Positions 18,772-28,429 of a stretch of 59,132 nt of DNA are shown here, one piece after another (positions within the stretch are counted from its first letter, which is position 1; every line of letters starts with the position of its first letter). The notes beneath the pieces are model-generated. The model was not told the origin of the DNA, ran no database searches, and saw only the letters and a program-made list of their open reading frames with translations. Both the position numbers and the translations under genes were made by a program. This stretch comes from Fibrobacterota bacterium (GTDB lineage Bacteria; Fibrobacterota; Fibrobacteria; UBA11236). The stretch is from positions 1 to 59,132 of the forward strand of contig JAYUVP010000234.1 of the NCBI GenBank assembly GCA_043753995.1, written 5' to 3'.

Positions 18772-20319
18772 TCAGCTTTTCGGCCACAAGCGGTTCAGCA
18801 CTTCCAGACCGCGTGAATTGAGGGCGGCGCTGAGGGTGTCGAGGCGTTCATTGAGCCAGCCATGGATGAGCAGCACGGGAATGGCGATGGCGAGACCGGT
18901 TTCGGTATTCACCAAGGCTTCGGAAATACCGCCGGCCAAGACTTTCGGATCATTGCTGCCGAGTTGATTCAGCACTTGGAATAAGGACACGAGACCCGAA
19001 ACGGTTCCCAAGAGGCCCAAGAGTGGGGCCGCTGAGCCCAATGCGGCCAGCAGGGGAAGGCGTTTTTCCAAGGCCGGGATTTCCTTGAGCAGGACTTCGC
19101 GCATGGACTTTTCCGCTTCAGAGCGGCTGTCGCCGGCGTGGCGGAGAATGGCATACATAACTCTGCCGAGGCTTTTACTCGAACGTGAGCAAAGTTCGGC
19201 AGCTTCCCTGGTCTTGCCCTGGGCCAGCAGGGCATTGATGGGCTTCATGAAGCGCTCCACCGAAGTCATGCGCAGGGAGAAAACCACATTGCGCTCGATG
19301 ATCATGAAGAGAGCCAAAAATCCTACGGCGAATAGGGGATAGAGGGTGACGCCACCGGCCTTGAACCATTCCTTGAATCGTTCCCAGAGCGATTTTTGTT
19401 CGCCGCGCACATAACCTGATCCCGTGCTCTTGAATTGCAAAACGTCGAAGGGGAGGGTCACTTGCAGGCTACCCGCTGGAAGCGCAGTGGCCGCACCTTC
19501 GCCGCCCGTTTTCGCGACAGCTTGCTGAATGCCTCTGGCCAAGCCGTCGTTAAAGTCCTTGGCGAGATCGCCACGCCAAACAAAGGTACGGCCCTGAAGT
19601 TGGCCGGTGCGCAAGAGAATTTGCGATGCGCCCTGACCGCCTTTTTCCAGCTCACCAGCGAAGATGGTGCCCAGATGCAGTCGCCAAACGGTGGCCGCGC
19701 GGCCATCGCCAAAAACCGACTGACGGGTTTCCACGGTTTGATTCAAGGTGAGATCGAATCGGCGTAATTGCGCAGCCATCCAAAGGCCGGTGCCTTCGGT
19801 GAGGTCGGCATCCTTGCGTTCCAAGGCCGCGGTGGCCTGCGATAGAAGCTGGGTGCGGCTTTCTAACCCGAGCGGAATATCGGCAGAAAGCGTGGCGGCG
19901 GCATCATCGGCGGCGCGCTTGGCGACGATGGCAATTGCGGTCCAGCCTTCTTGAGTGGCGGTGAGCGCATCGGCCTTTTCCTTCACTTCATTGCGGGCTT
20001 TGACGAGTTCGTCTTCTAGCTTACCGGTTTCACCAGCCAAACGTGCATAGCGCTCTTCGAGCCCCCGGGCGCGTTCGTCGTTTTCCTTAACCTTGGCGGT
20101 TTGTTTATAGCGCGATTCCCATCGCTTGGCCTCGGCCGCTTCCACTTCGTCGAGCTTGTCGGACTTGAGTGATTCCAAGGCGGAAAGTTCGCGCTTGAGT
20201 TCGGCGATTTCTTTTTGACGCTGGGCTTCGCGTTCGCTTTCCTTGTCGGCGGCATGCACGGTCAAGTGGAGGCTGAAAGCCAAGGCCAGGGCGGAGATGG
20301 CCATGAATTGAGGACGCAT
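18772..20319 (-). CDS. Long MotA/TolQ/ExbB protein with periplasmic coiled-coil N-terminus (TtpC-like)
   Basis: Signal peptide, long coiled coil, then APLLGLLGTVSG and AGGISEALVNTETGL ExbB motifs. Confidence 0.88.
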   Translation of the reverse strand: MRPQFMAISALALAFSLHLTVHAADKESEREAQRQKEIAELKRELSALESLKSDKLDEVEAAEAKRWESRYKQTAKVKENDERARGLEERYARLAGETGKLEDELVKARNEVKEKADALTATQEGWTAIAIVAKRAADDAAATLSADIPLGLESRTQLLSQATAALERKDADLTEGTGLWMAAQLRRFDLTLNQTVETRQSVFGDGRAATVWRLHLGTIFAGELEKGGQGASQILLRTGQLQGRTFVWRGDLAKDFNDGLARGIQQAVAKTGGEGAATALPAGSLQVTLPFDVLQFKSTGSGYVRGEQKSLWERFKEWFKAGGVTLYPLFAVGFLALFMIIERNVVFSLRMTSVERFMKPINALLAQGKTREAAELCSRSSKSLGRVMYAILRHAGDSRSEAEKSMREVLLKEIPALEKRLPLLAALGSAAPLLGLLGTVSGLVSLFQVLNQLGSNDPKVLAGGISEALVNTETGLAIAIPVLLIHGWLNERLDTLSAALNSRGLEVLNRLWPKS

Positions 20320-21185
20320 CAGCGGGCTCCTTGCGATTTATCGGTGGCGGCGCCAGCAGTGAAGGTCACGTCCAGAGGCACAAGCTGGGGAGGTTGTTTT
20401 GCCGCTTTGACTTCGATGGCTTTTTTCACGGCTAATTTCTCCTCAAAGCCTTGCACTTCGCGAGTGACCCAGCCTTCGGAGGTTTTTTCCAGGAAACCGT
20501 GACGCTTGCCATCTTCATCCATGAAAACCGCGAATTGATTGCCGACTTTCAGGACTTGAGCATTGATCGTTTCTCCACCCTTCAAGGTGAGCGGGCGATT
20601 GAGCAAGGCCACCTCGTCCCCCGAACGTATTTCGTCCTTGAATATGGCAGTGAGGCGTCCAATGCTTTCTTCCGGCGAGGCCGAACCGGCGAGCAAATCG
20701 TTTTTCAGAGCGCGTACCCGCTCTTCGCGGGGTTCGCGTTCCAGCGGGGGACAGCTATGCACTCGCAATAACAGGGAGTCACACCAGGTGGCGAGATAAG
20801 CCGAAAGGTTTTTGCGACGAGCTTCGATTTCCTCGACTCCATTGGACGCGCGCGCAGTTTTGCTGCGCTCGAGATCAATTTGTTTGCGCAAATCGAGGAC
20901 ATGGGCATTGAGGCCGGAGATTTCCTTTTCGCGCCGCTCGCGGTCCTTTTGCGAGCGCTCTTCATTGCGCAGGCCAAGTGCGGTTTCTTCGCGGCTGAGC
21001 GAATCGGTTTTACGCAAATCGGCTTCCGCCTTTTGCAAGTCGCGCTTCACCTTGGCGATTTCCGCTTTCAGGCGGGGAATGTCGAAGGCTTCATCGCCTT
21101 GGGCCGAAGCCATGGCGGCGAATCCCAGCAGGGCAAGGCAGGCCATTGCCCAGGGGGCGGCATAGGGGCGGCGGGTGGCGTTCAT
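20319..21185 (-). CDS. Exported coiled-coil protein, DUF3450-like
   Basis: Start MNATRR at 21185 (GGAG RBS); signal peptide, coiled coil, PLEREPREERV, VLKVG and PQLVPL motifs; directly upstream of the long ExbB. Confidence 0.75.
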   Translation of the reverse strand: MNATRRPYAAPWAMACLALLGFAAMASAQGDEAFDIPRLKAEIAKVKRDLQKAEADLRKTDSLSREETALGLRNEERSQKDRERREKEISGLNAHVLDLRKQIDLERSKTARASNGVEEIEARRKNLSAYLATWCDSLLLRVHSCPPLEREPREERVRALKNDLLAGSASPEESIGRLTAIFKDEIRSGDEVALLNRPLTLKGGETINAQVLKVGNQFAVFMDEDGKRHGFLEKTSEGWVTREVQGFEEKLAVKKAIEVKAAKQPPQLVPLDVTFTAGAATDKSQGAR

Positions 21186-21220
21186 GGCGCACTCCGTTAT
21201 CGGGTTGGGGGGAGACGATT

Positions 21221-22948
21221 TCATAGGCAGGCCGAGGGCTTGGGGTTTTCCGTGCATAGCTTCGCCGCCGCTTTGCAAAGCGCCGGAGCATTGGGCTTTT
21301 TGTCGCGGCAATAAGTCACTTGGGCATTACGGCAAGCGGGTAATTGCCAATCGCGAAGATTGCATTTTTCCCACAATTCTTCCTTGCAGGCATTAACCCC
21401 GGGGTCGCGTTCGCATTGCTTTTGAACGGAGTCGCATCCCGCGACATTTTCAGGATAATTTTCCTCGATGCAGTAATGGACCAAGCCTGCGATGAAGGCC
21501 AGGCTGTCTTTCTTGGACTGGGCGAAAACCGAGTCGCACATGCCCCCTAAGGTGTCTTGTCTCCAACCAGCGCCAAGGCAGGCGCGCACGGCGTCTACGC
21601 GGCAAGTGGCCGGCACCCATTTTTTCCCCGAGCACCAGGTGCGGTAATAGTCGATGCAATCGCGATCCGAAAACCAACCTAGGTCTTGGCAATAATTACT
21701 GTGGGTCTCGGTCAAGGCATAGGGTTGGTCGGTGGTGGTATCGGCCTTGATGAAAACGTCAAAGCTATCGACGGCCAAAGCGGCCAAGAAGCCGCGACCG
21801 CCGCGCACATTCGAATAGGCCGTGATCTTAGGATTGTCTTCCGGGGAGTCTCCAGCCTGAGTATTGGTATTCAGGTAGGTGGCATAATTGGTGTCGCAGG
21901 CATAAAAATAAAGTCGGTTGCGGCCCGTGAAAAACCAGGTATTCACGACGCCGATGCTGTCAAGAAAATTAAAACCTTTAGTGGCATTCATTCCATCTGG
22001 AAAAACTTCAAGCCTATGCACATCACCGGGGAAATAAAAGGAAGCCGAATCGGGTTTTTGTCCGAAAAAGGTTTGAAAAGGATTGACGACGCGACTGGCG
22101 GTATCTTCCCACCGCTGGGTGATTAATACCGCTTTCACTCCATGACCGCGCAAGGTGGTAAAGGTGTGCGAAAGAGTGTTTAAGTCGGCATTGGAGATAT
22201 AAAAGAGTTTATCACCCTCGGCATAGGGTTCTTGATCATCCTTGAGCAATTGCATTAAGCGACCAATCATACGCGCTCCTGGAGGCGTATCCTTGCTTTT
22301 GCCATCGCCGAAGAAAAAAATCCGTTGACCCGCCGTGTCATCATTTATGCTCAATTCGGAAAGGGTTTGAATTTCGGAAGGAAATTCTTTGTTGATTTGG
22401 TCCCGAATCTCCACCGGTAATTTCAAATAATTCTCTAAGCTGAAGGCTGTGCCATTGGAGCCGAAGCCTCCAATAAAAGCAACCGACGGGGCCATGGCCG
22501 TATCCTTGACCGCAAAGCTGTCAGTGATGGTGGAGGTGGCACTCAGGTTGGAGACCACTTGAGCCCCCGCAGAATCCCAAACAAAACGAGCGTGTAGGGT
22601 ATAGGTTTCGCCTTTGACGCCGCGGCTGGCCGTATCACCGACAAAGCAATTGGGACGCGAAGCCTTGGGGCGCAATTGAAGGGTTTTACCGCCGTCGGAA
22701 AAACGACCTTCTATCCCCACTTCGGCGCTGTCATAAAAGGCGAAGGCAGGTGTGGACGTTTCTCCCAATGGTTTGAGCTTTTCAAAGCAAACGTCGGTTA
22801 CGGGCCTATCCGCAATGACATAGGCCTGCGCCCAAAGCCCTTCAAATACAGGGGGATTGTTAGGAGTATAATCCCAAGGTCCCTGTATGCAGCTCGTCAA
22901 GAGCAGGCTGAGCAAGCCCACCCATTTCGCTATCGGTTTGAGGTTCAT
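21221..22948 (-). CDS. Lipoprotein partner of the TonB-dependent receptor with a 16-Cys C-terminal domain
   Basis: Lipobox LLLTSC; YSNVRGGRGFL recalls DUF4249-type receptor partners; 16 Cys in the last ~160 aa. Confidence 0.75.
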   Translation of the reverse strand: MNLKPIAKWVGLLSLLLTSCIQGPWDYTPNNPPVFEGLWAQAYVIADRPVTDVCFEKLKPLGETSTPAFAFYDSAEVGIEGRFSDGGKTLQLRPKASRPNCFVGDTASRGVKGETYTLHARFVWDSAGAQVVSNLSATSTITDSFAVKDTAMAPSVAFIGGFGSNGTAFSLENYLKLPVEIRDQINKEFPSEIQTLSELSINDDTAGQRIFFFGDGKSKDTPPGARMIGRLMQLLKDDQEPYAEGDKLFYISNADLNTLSHTFTTLRGHGVKAVLITQRWEDTASRVVNPFQTFFGQKPDSASFYFPGDVHRLEVFPDGMNATKGFNFLDSIGVVNTWFFTGRNRLYFYACDTNYATYLNTNTQAGDSPEDNPKITAYSNVRGGRGFLAALAVDSFDVFIKADTTTDQPYALTETHSNYCQDLGWFSDRDCIDYYRTWCSGKKWVPATCRVDAVRACLGAGWRQDTLGGMCDSVFAQSKKDSLAFIAGLVHYCIEENYPENVAGCDSVQKQCERDPGVNACKEELWEKCNLRDWQLPACRNAQVTYCRDKKPNAPALCKAAAKLCTENPKPSACL

Positions 22949-22949
22949 T

Positions 22950-25472
22950 TCAGAAATACCATTCATAATTCAGCAAAAAGGGAAAGCGAGGAAACTGGGT
23001 GATGTCGATTTTTTCGGGAGGGTTTTTGCTTCGATCGTAGGAGGGGAATAACACATTTTCGTGATTGGTTAGATTCAATATGGTAAAGCTGAAATTCCAT
23101 TTGCCCTCCTTACCCCAGTCAATCACCTTGGCATCCCAACGGAAATAAGGCACAACAAAGGCTTGGTTGTAATTGGCGCGTTGCAATTGAATATTGCCTT
23201 GGAATTCAGGATTAGGACCGCCGGCCTGTATGCCGGTGTTTTGGTCGACGAAATGCCCGTCGATATATCCCGAATATTCGGTATAGGGTAAACCCGTGGC
23301 GTATTTCAATTGCATGCTGCTGCGGAAGTATCGGCCTTTGCGCGCATTCACCCACAGGCCGTCCTTGCCGCTCCAATTAATGCCCAAATCACCCTTGAAG
23401 CTATGAGGTTGATGCCATTTCGGAAAATAGGATTCGGGCCGATTCTGTTCTTGAATGACGCTATAACCCTGGCTATAGCTGATGCCGCCGAATAAAAGGC
23501 CGTCAGGGTGGCGCACGGACGTCTCATAACCCAGGCTATAGCCTTCGGCCTCTTTAAACAAATCACCAAGATCGCGATCGGTAGTAAAGGTGACCGAGTC
23601 GGCCTTTTCATTGGGCGCGAAAACGGCGAGGTGATTGAGGGTTTTGTAATAACCTTCCAAGGAAAGGTCGAAACGGTTCAGCCACTTTTCCTTGGACCAG
23701 CCCACGGCCAGCAAAAGCGAGGAGGTGGGATTGACCACTTGGAATTTGGTTTTTTTGGCGGGGTAATAAAATTCATTCAGGCTTTCCTGATCGGTGAATA
23801 GAATGCTGTTGATGAATTGCTCATACCAACCCACATGAAAATCAATGGATTGCTTCCACGGCAATTGGCGTTTCACGGTAAGGCGCGGTTCGGTGGTAAT
23901 GCCGTCCAAGGTGGACATGACGCTTAAGCGCAGATTCGGGCTGATTTCCCAGGGATTGAGATTCCATTTATCCTGGAAATAAAGGCTGGTTAAGTAGAAA
24001 TTGGTGCGGTCGACCAATTCTGTTTTGGCTATGGTTTGGCTATTGCGAAAAACCGTCCGCATATAATTGGCTTCAACGCCCGCCGTGATTTTGTGATCTT
24101 CGATGCCATCATAGTCGAAGCTTTGCTTGACCTGCCAGGTGATGATTTTATTGTAGAACTCGAAGATGCGATTGAGGCCGAAAGTCTGTGAAAGAAGGGA
24201 ATAGGATAGGGTGCTGCGCGATTGCAAATGATCGCCCAGTTTCCAATTCAAATTGAAAGGGATGATGGTATTGCCCCATTCGATGACGAAAGGGGAGAAA
24301 TCGAGCCGATCGCGGCCTTGATAAATGGTGAGCATGGCCCCCTTATCCTTGTCGAGGCTGTAATTGAGGCCACCCTGAATGTCATAGAAGTAATAGTCGA
24401 GCACCAAGTCGGTGGCATTGATGCCGCGCAGATAGTCGATGACTTGCTTCACATAGGTGGTTCGTCCCGCCAAGAGCCAGCGCCAATTGTCTTGGCGACC
24501 TTCCGTATGCAATTGGGTGGCGAAAGTGCTGACCTTGACCGAGGTGGCCTCCATCCAGCTATTCGCTGTGTCATTGCCGCCTTTACGCGATTTGATGTCG
24601 AGTACGGAAGACAATCTGCCGCCGTATTCGGCAGGAAAGCCGCTCTTGTAAAAGGTGACGTCGTCTATGCCTTCGACCAAAAAAGTCGAGAACAGCCCAA
24701 AGAGATGCACAGGCGAATACACGGAAGCATTGTCGAAAAGAATCAGGTTTTGATCGCTGCCACCGCCGCGCACGTAAATCTTGGTGCTGAAATCTGAGCT
24801 AGCCACCACGCCGGGCAGGCCTTGTATAGATCGAATCACGTCGGCTTCCGCCAAGCCAGGCATGCGCTTGATGAGTTTGGCCGAAACGGTTTGACGCCCC
24901 AAGGCGCGCTTGGGCGCGCGCTGAGCCCGCACCAAGACTTTTTTCAAGGTGACGGCCTCTTCGCTGGTTTCAGTACCCGCGGCCTTGCCAGTGAGAGTCG
25001 AATCGGCGGCTTCCACTTGACCCAATTCCGATGCCACGGGCTTGGTGGTGGTGTCGGCGGCGACAATCAAGGTGGCGGAACCACCTAGGTCTGCATGTAT
25101 CACCGAGTCCCCGACAGAAGCGGAGGGGCGGCGCAATTCGAAGCACTTCTCCTGGGTAACGCCCGCAGCTACCGTATCGCTAGCGTTACCTTGGCCCAGA
25201 CGCCGAATGCAAATATTCCAAAGCGTGTCGGCGGGCAGGGGCAATACAAAAGCCTCGCCGGCTCGGGTCCGCGCGCTGTCGCCGCTTTCCAGCACCTCGA
25301 TTCGCAAAGGCGTTCCAGGAGAAAAATCCCCGTCTGCCACCTTGCCTTCGAGCTTCAAGGCGTGGCTTGGCACGGAAAGGGCAAGCGCCAAACCCAGGAT
25401 CGGTGCGAATCCGGTGCGAGCGAATTTTGCGTGAAAAAGTTTCAAGGACGGGTCCGTCGAGAAAATGGGCAC
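22950..25472 (-). CDS. TonB-dependent outer membrane receptor
   Basis: Plug motifs DVIRSIQGLPGV, YVRGGGSDQNLILFD and YKSGFPAEYGGRLSSVLDI; barrel with NLTN and terminal LLNYEWYF. Confidence 0.93.
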   Translation of the reverse strand: MPIFSTDPSLKLFHAKFARTGFAPILGLALALSVPSHALKLEGKVADGDFSPGTPLRIEVLESGDSARTRAGEAFVLPLPADTLWNICIRRLGQGNASDTVAAGVTQEKCFELRRPSASVGDSVIHADLGGSATLIVAADTTTKPVASELGQVEAADSTLTGKAAGTETSEEAVTLKKVLVRAQRAPKRALGRQTVSAKLIKRMPGLAEADVIRSIQGLPGVVASSDFSTKIYVRGGGSDQNLILFDNASVYSPVHLFGLFSTFLVEGIDDVTFYKSGFPAEYGGRLSSVLDIKSRKGGNDTANSWMEATSVKVSTFATQLHTEGRQDNWRWLLAGRTTYVKQVIDYLRGINATDLVLDYYFYDIQGGLNYSLDKDKGAMLTIYQGRDRLDFSPFVIEWGNTIIPFNLNWKLGDHLQSRSTLSYSLLSQTFGLNRIFEFYNKIITWQVKQSFDYDGIEDHKITAGVEANYMRTVFRNSQTIAKTELVDRTNFYLTSLYFQDKWNLNPWEISPNLRLSVMSTLDGITTEPRLTVKRQLPWKQSIDFHVGWYEQFINSILFTDQESLNEFYYPAKKTKFQVVNPTSSLLLAVGWSKEKWLNRFDLSLEGYYKTLNHLAVFAPNEKADSVTFTTDRDLGDLFKEAEGYSLGYETSVRHPDGLLFGGISYSQGYSVIQEQNRPESYFPKWHQPHSFKGDLGINWSGKDGLWVNARKGRYFRSSMQLKYATGLPYTEYSGYIDGHFVDQNTGIQAGGPNPEFQGNIQLQRANYNQAFVVPYFRWDAKVIDWGKEGKWNFSFTILNLTNHENVLFPSYDRSKNPPEKIDITQFPRFPFLLNYEWYF

Positions 25473-25515
25473 CGGAAAAACCGGAGGTCGAAAGGATACA
25501 AAAGAGGTTCGCGAT

Positions 25516-25556
25516 CTTTGTTCAACAAAGGGTTAACCCTTTGTAACACTTTGTAA
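25516..25556. promoter_or_regulatory. Overlapping palindromes and direct repeats upstream of the receptor operon (candidate operator)
   Basis: Perfect 20-bp palindrome ACAAAGGGTTAACCCTTTGT (25525-25544), 7-1-7 palindrome CTTTGTT-C-AACAAAG (25516-25530), and CTTTGTAA repeated at 25539 and 25549. Confidence 0.6.
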
Positions 25557-25592
25557 TAGCCTTCGGGTGTTTTGGTATTCATCACGGCTCAT

Positions 25593-27911
25593 TCAGGTTC
25601 CGAGTCGCAAGCCCAAATAGGCTCCGGGCCAAATGCTGACCGAAGTGGCCAAGGCGCGGAATCCCGGATAGCCATTGCCAATGGCCGGAAGTTCGGCATC
25701 GGGATGCGAATAAAGATTGCCACTGACACCTCCGAACAATTCGCAATGACCGAAAGGCCTCACGCCTAAGCCCAGACGCAAACGCGTCCAGCCCTCGTCG
25801 ACAAAGGGCTTGAAAGCAAGGACTTGGCTTTGTATTAAATCGGATTCGAAAAACCAAGACTTAGATCCCATTTGCCGCCAACCCAAGCCTAAAGTGGGAG
25901 CGATAATATCGCGACTTCCATCGGTTTGCATTCCGACCGCGAGCAAGGAATAAACGTTTTTGACTCCGGTTCGCAATCCGACATAAGCCAAGCCGGTTTC
26001 ATCGCCCCAGGCCGTGACATGAAAGCTACCCTGGAGCGACATATTCAAGAGGCCGATGGGATAGCCGCTGCCATAGCTTTTCGAAACATTCACGATACCG
26101 ATTTGATAACCATCGACATGGCCAGCGCCATTCAGCAAGGCCGATGCCTGAACCCCGCGCAATCGTCGCGCAAAATTCACACCCGCTGTTCCTTGAATGC
26201 CAGTGACTTCACCCCCTGCGACATTGACCAGCGCCGATCCTTGGGCTCCGGTGACCCCGCCGCCGGCCACATTGAGTAGGGCTGTACCTTGCAAACCCAC
26301 CACGGAGTCGACGGCAATATTCAATAAGGCCGATCCCTGTCCGCCGGTGACCTTGCCTACGGCCACATTCGCCAGCGCTGTGGCTTGTGCGCCATAGACC
26401 TCTCCGCCAGCAATATTGAAAAGCGCCGATCCCTGAAAGCCCCTCAATCCTTGACCGGCCACATTGAATAGGGCCGCACCCTGGCTTCCGGTGACCTTGC
26501 CACCCGCCACATTGAAGAGGCCAGCTCCCTGAGAGCCCCGCAGAGAATCACCCACGAGATTGAAAAAACCCGCGCCTTGATTGCCTTGGGCTTTGCCGTG
26601 CACGAAATTGATGCCACCCAAGGTGGCCTGATTTCCTTCAAGATCGCCATGCACACCATTCCAAACGGCAAGGCAAACTTGTTGCCCCTTCAAATTGCCG
26701 GTCACTTGATTGAAAACCAAGGATATTTGACGGCCATGTCTATCCCCACGCGTGATGGATCCCCCGACGTCCCATTGCGTGCCGGTATGGATTTCGTTTT
26801 GTTTTTCACTCGGAGGATCGGGCTCGCGTTTCGATCCGCGTAATACGGTCGCTTCCCCCGCTAAAGCCCGGAAATTCGCTGGCTCAAGGGACGTGGATCC
26901 AGTCTGATTCAACCGAACTTCCGCTTCTTTCCAGTGGCCGCCATGAAACAGTCGCAAGCCATAGCGGCCCGGCTCCAGGCCTAAGCGCATGGCCCGTCCC
27001 GCGGGCTTCATCACCTCGACGGCAAGGTGATCGGCGCTGTCGCGCACAAAAAGACGACCTTGCAGCGCCTCGGCCAATTCCAAATAAGCAGAGGCCTGAC
27101 GTAAGTCGGTGAGCACCACGTCGCCGGTGCCGGAAAGTCGCATGTCATAGCCCGCATGCTGGGGCCCACCCTGTGTCGCTTCGGTGCGGGCCAAGGTTTC
27201 CTGATAGGCGAATTGATAGGCCTCATGCAAGGTCACCTTGCCATCTTGCGAAGCATCAGCGGCGCCGCGTAAACCCGAATTCAGGGCATGGGTGAAATAC
27301 GAACCGCCCACGCGATCACTTTCCTGGGCCGCCTCGCTTTCCGAACTCGAAGTGAGTATGGCATAGCCCTGGGAACGCGTACTTTGATCGACTAGGAAAG
27401 CAGGCACTTGCTTGCCGCCTTTGAGGCGAGTCAGGGCTCCCGAAGCGCAAGCGTCGACGATGGCGATGCGTACATCGGCTTCAAGGCCGTCCATGCGATC
27501 ACGAAAGGTGCGATAGGCCAAACGTTCGTGGCCTAGCAATAGACCATGCTCATCGGCATGGCCGGAGTAATAGACAATGGCCTCAGTGCGTAGGCCTTGT
27601 TTTTTCATGGCTGCCGCTTGCGACCGCAATTCTTGAAAGGCGCGCATCAAGCGGCTACTGTCGGGATCGACAATCAAGGTCTGGTGCGCCGCTTCCAATC
27701 CCCCTAAATCATGCAAGGTTTGCGCGAAGGCCTTGGCGTCGGTGGCCGCGAAAGCCAGTCGCTCGCGGCCGGGACCGCCATCGTGGGAACCAATAATCAG
27801 GGCCAAGCGATGTGTCGCCGTCATGGATGCCGAACCCGGTAGGGCGGTTTGCTTGGCTGGCGTCGTGGCTGCGACCCAATTTAAGGCCATAACGAGGAGG
27901 GGTGAAATCAA
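25593..27911 (-). CDS. Caspase-domain (peptidase C14-like) protein with 15-aa beta-solenoid repeats and a C-terminal beta-barrel-like region
   Basis: RLALIIG, YYSGHAD (catalytic His), IVDACASG (catalytic Cys), AQESD..GGSYFT and DASQDGKVTL; about 14 GxQ-xxxx-N repeats; terminal WPGAYLGLRL. Confidence 0.85.
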   Translation of the reverse strand: MISPLLVMALNWVAATTPAKQTALPGSASMTATHRLALIIGSHDGGPGRERLAFAATDAKAFAQTLHDLGGLEAAHQTLIVDPDSSRLMRAFQELRSQAAAMKKQGLRTEAIVYYSGHADEHGLLLGHERLAYRTFRDRMDGLEADVRIAIVDACASGALTRLKGGKQVPAFLVDQSTRSQGYAILTSSSESEAAQESDRVGGSYFTHALNSGLRGAADASQDGKVTLHEAYQFAYQETLARTEATQGGPQHAGYDMRLSGTGDVVLTDLRQASAYLELAEALQGRLFVRDSADHLAVEVMKPAGRAMRLGLEPGRYGLRLFHGGHWKEAEVRLNQTGSTSLEPANFRALAGEATVLRGSKREPDPPSEKQNEIHTGTQWDVGGSITRGDRHGRQISLVFNQVTGNLKGQQVCLAVWNGVHGDLEGNQATLGGINFVHGKAQGNQGAGFFNLVGDSLRGSQGAGLFNVAGGKVTGSQGAALFNVAGQGLRGFQGSALFNIAGGEVYGAQATALANVAVGKVTGGQGSALLNIAVDSVVGLQGTALLNVAGGGVTGAQGSALVNVAGGEVTGIQGTAGVNFARRLRGVQASALLNGAGHVDGYQIGIVNVSKSYGSGYPIGLLNMSLQGSFHVTAWGDETGLAYVGLRTGVKNVYSLLAVGMQTDGSRDIIAPTLGLGWRQMGSKSWFFESDLIQSQVLAFKPFVDEGWTRLRLGLGVRPFGHCELFGGVSGNLYSHPDAELPAIGNGYPGFRALATSVSIWPGAYLGLRLGT
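26085..26740 (-). repeat. About 14 tandem ~15-aa repeats (GxQGxALxNVAGGxVx) within the caspase gene
   Basis: Repeat units counted in the translation from GRQISLVFN to GYQIGIVN; ~45-bp periodicity in DNA. Confidence 0.85.
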
Positions 27912-28162
27912 GACACGCTCACTTCATAGGCCATGGGGAATAGGATTTCTGCTTTTTCCAATTCACTTCTCCCTTAGACTTATGGTTGTGAAACACCACA
28001 CCCAGGCAAATGTGTCACCCAGTCGGAAACAAAGCCAAAAATCGCAATCCTTTACACTCTTGTTCACCTTTCGGGGACCTTTTTCGGGTTTGCGGCGCTT
28101 GGGGGCAAACCTTCCCCTTTCAGGTCACTATATTTGCGTCCCCGTTTCGGTGAATCGACCCC

Positions 28163-28429
28163 ATGACAGCCATCGCCATGACACGTGAAGAGTTGCTTGC
28201 AACCGTGCAAAAGGTTTTCCTCGATCTTTTCGAATTGGAACCCACCAAGGTCACCTTGCAAACGCATTTATTCACCGATCTCGACCTGGATAGCCTGGAT
28301 GCCATCGATTTGGCCGCCACGCTCTCCAAACAGGCGGGAATCAAATTGGCCGAAGGCGAATTAAAAGGCATTCGCACCGTGGGCGATATTGTCGAGCTCG
28401 GCTTTCAAAAACTCAATCCTGCTCCATGA
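28163..28429 (+). CDS. Acyl carrier protein (APE-type cluster)
   Basis: DLDLDSLDAIDL phosphopantetheine site; RTVGDIV. Confidence 0.93.
   Translation: MTAIAMTREELLATVQKVFLDLFELEPTKVTLQTHLFTDLDLDSLDAIDLAATLSKQAGIKLAEGELKGIRTVGDIVELGFQKLNPAP

Noticed and set aside
21221..21700. Multiheme cytochrome or Fe-S domain
   Set aside because: No CxxCH or CxxCxxC motifs among the 16 cysteines.
26085..26740. CRISPR-like periodic repeats
   Set aside because: The periodicity is an in-frame protein repeat with degenerate codons; no constant repeat with unique spacers and no cas genes.
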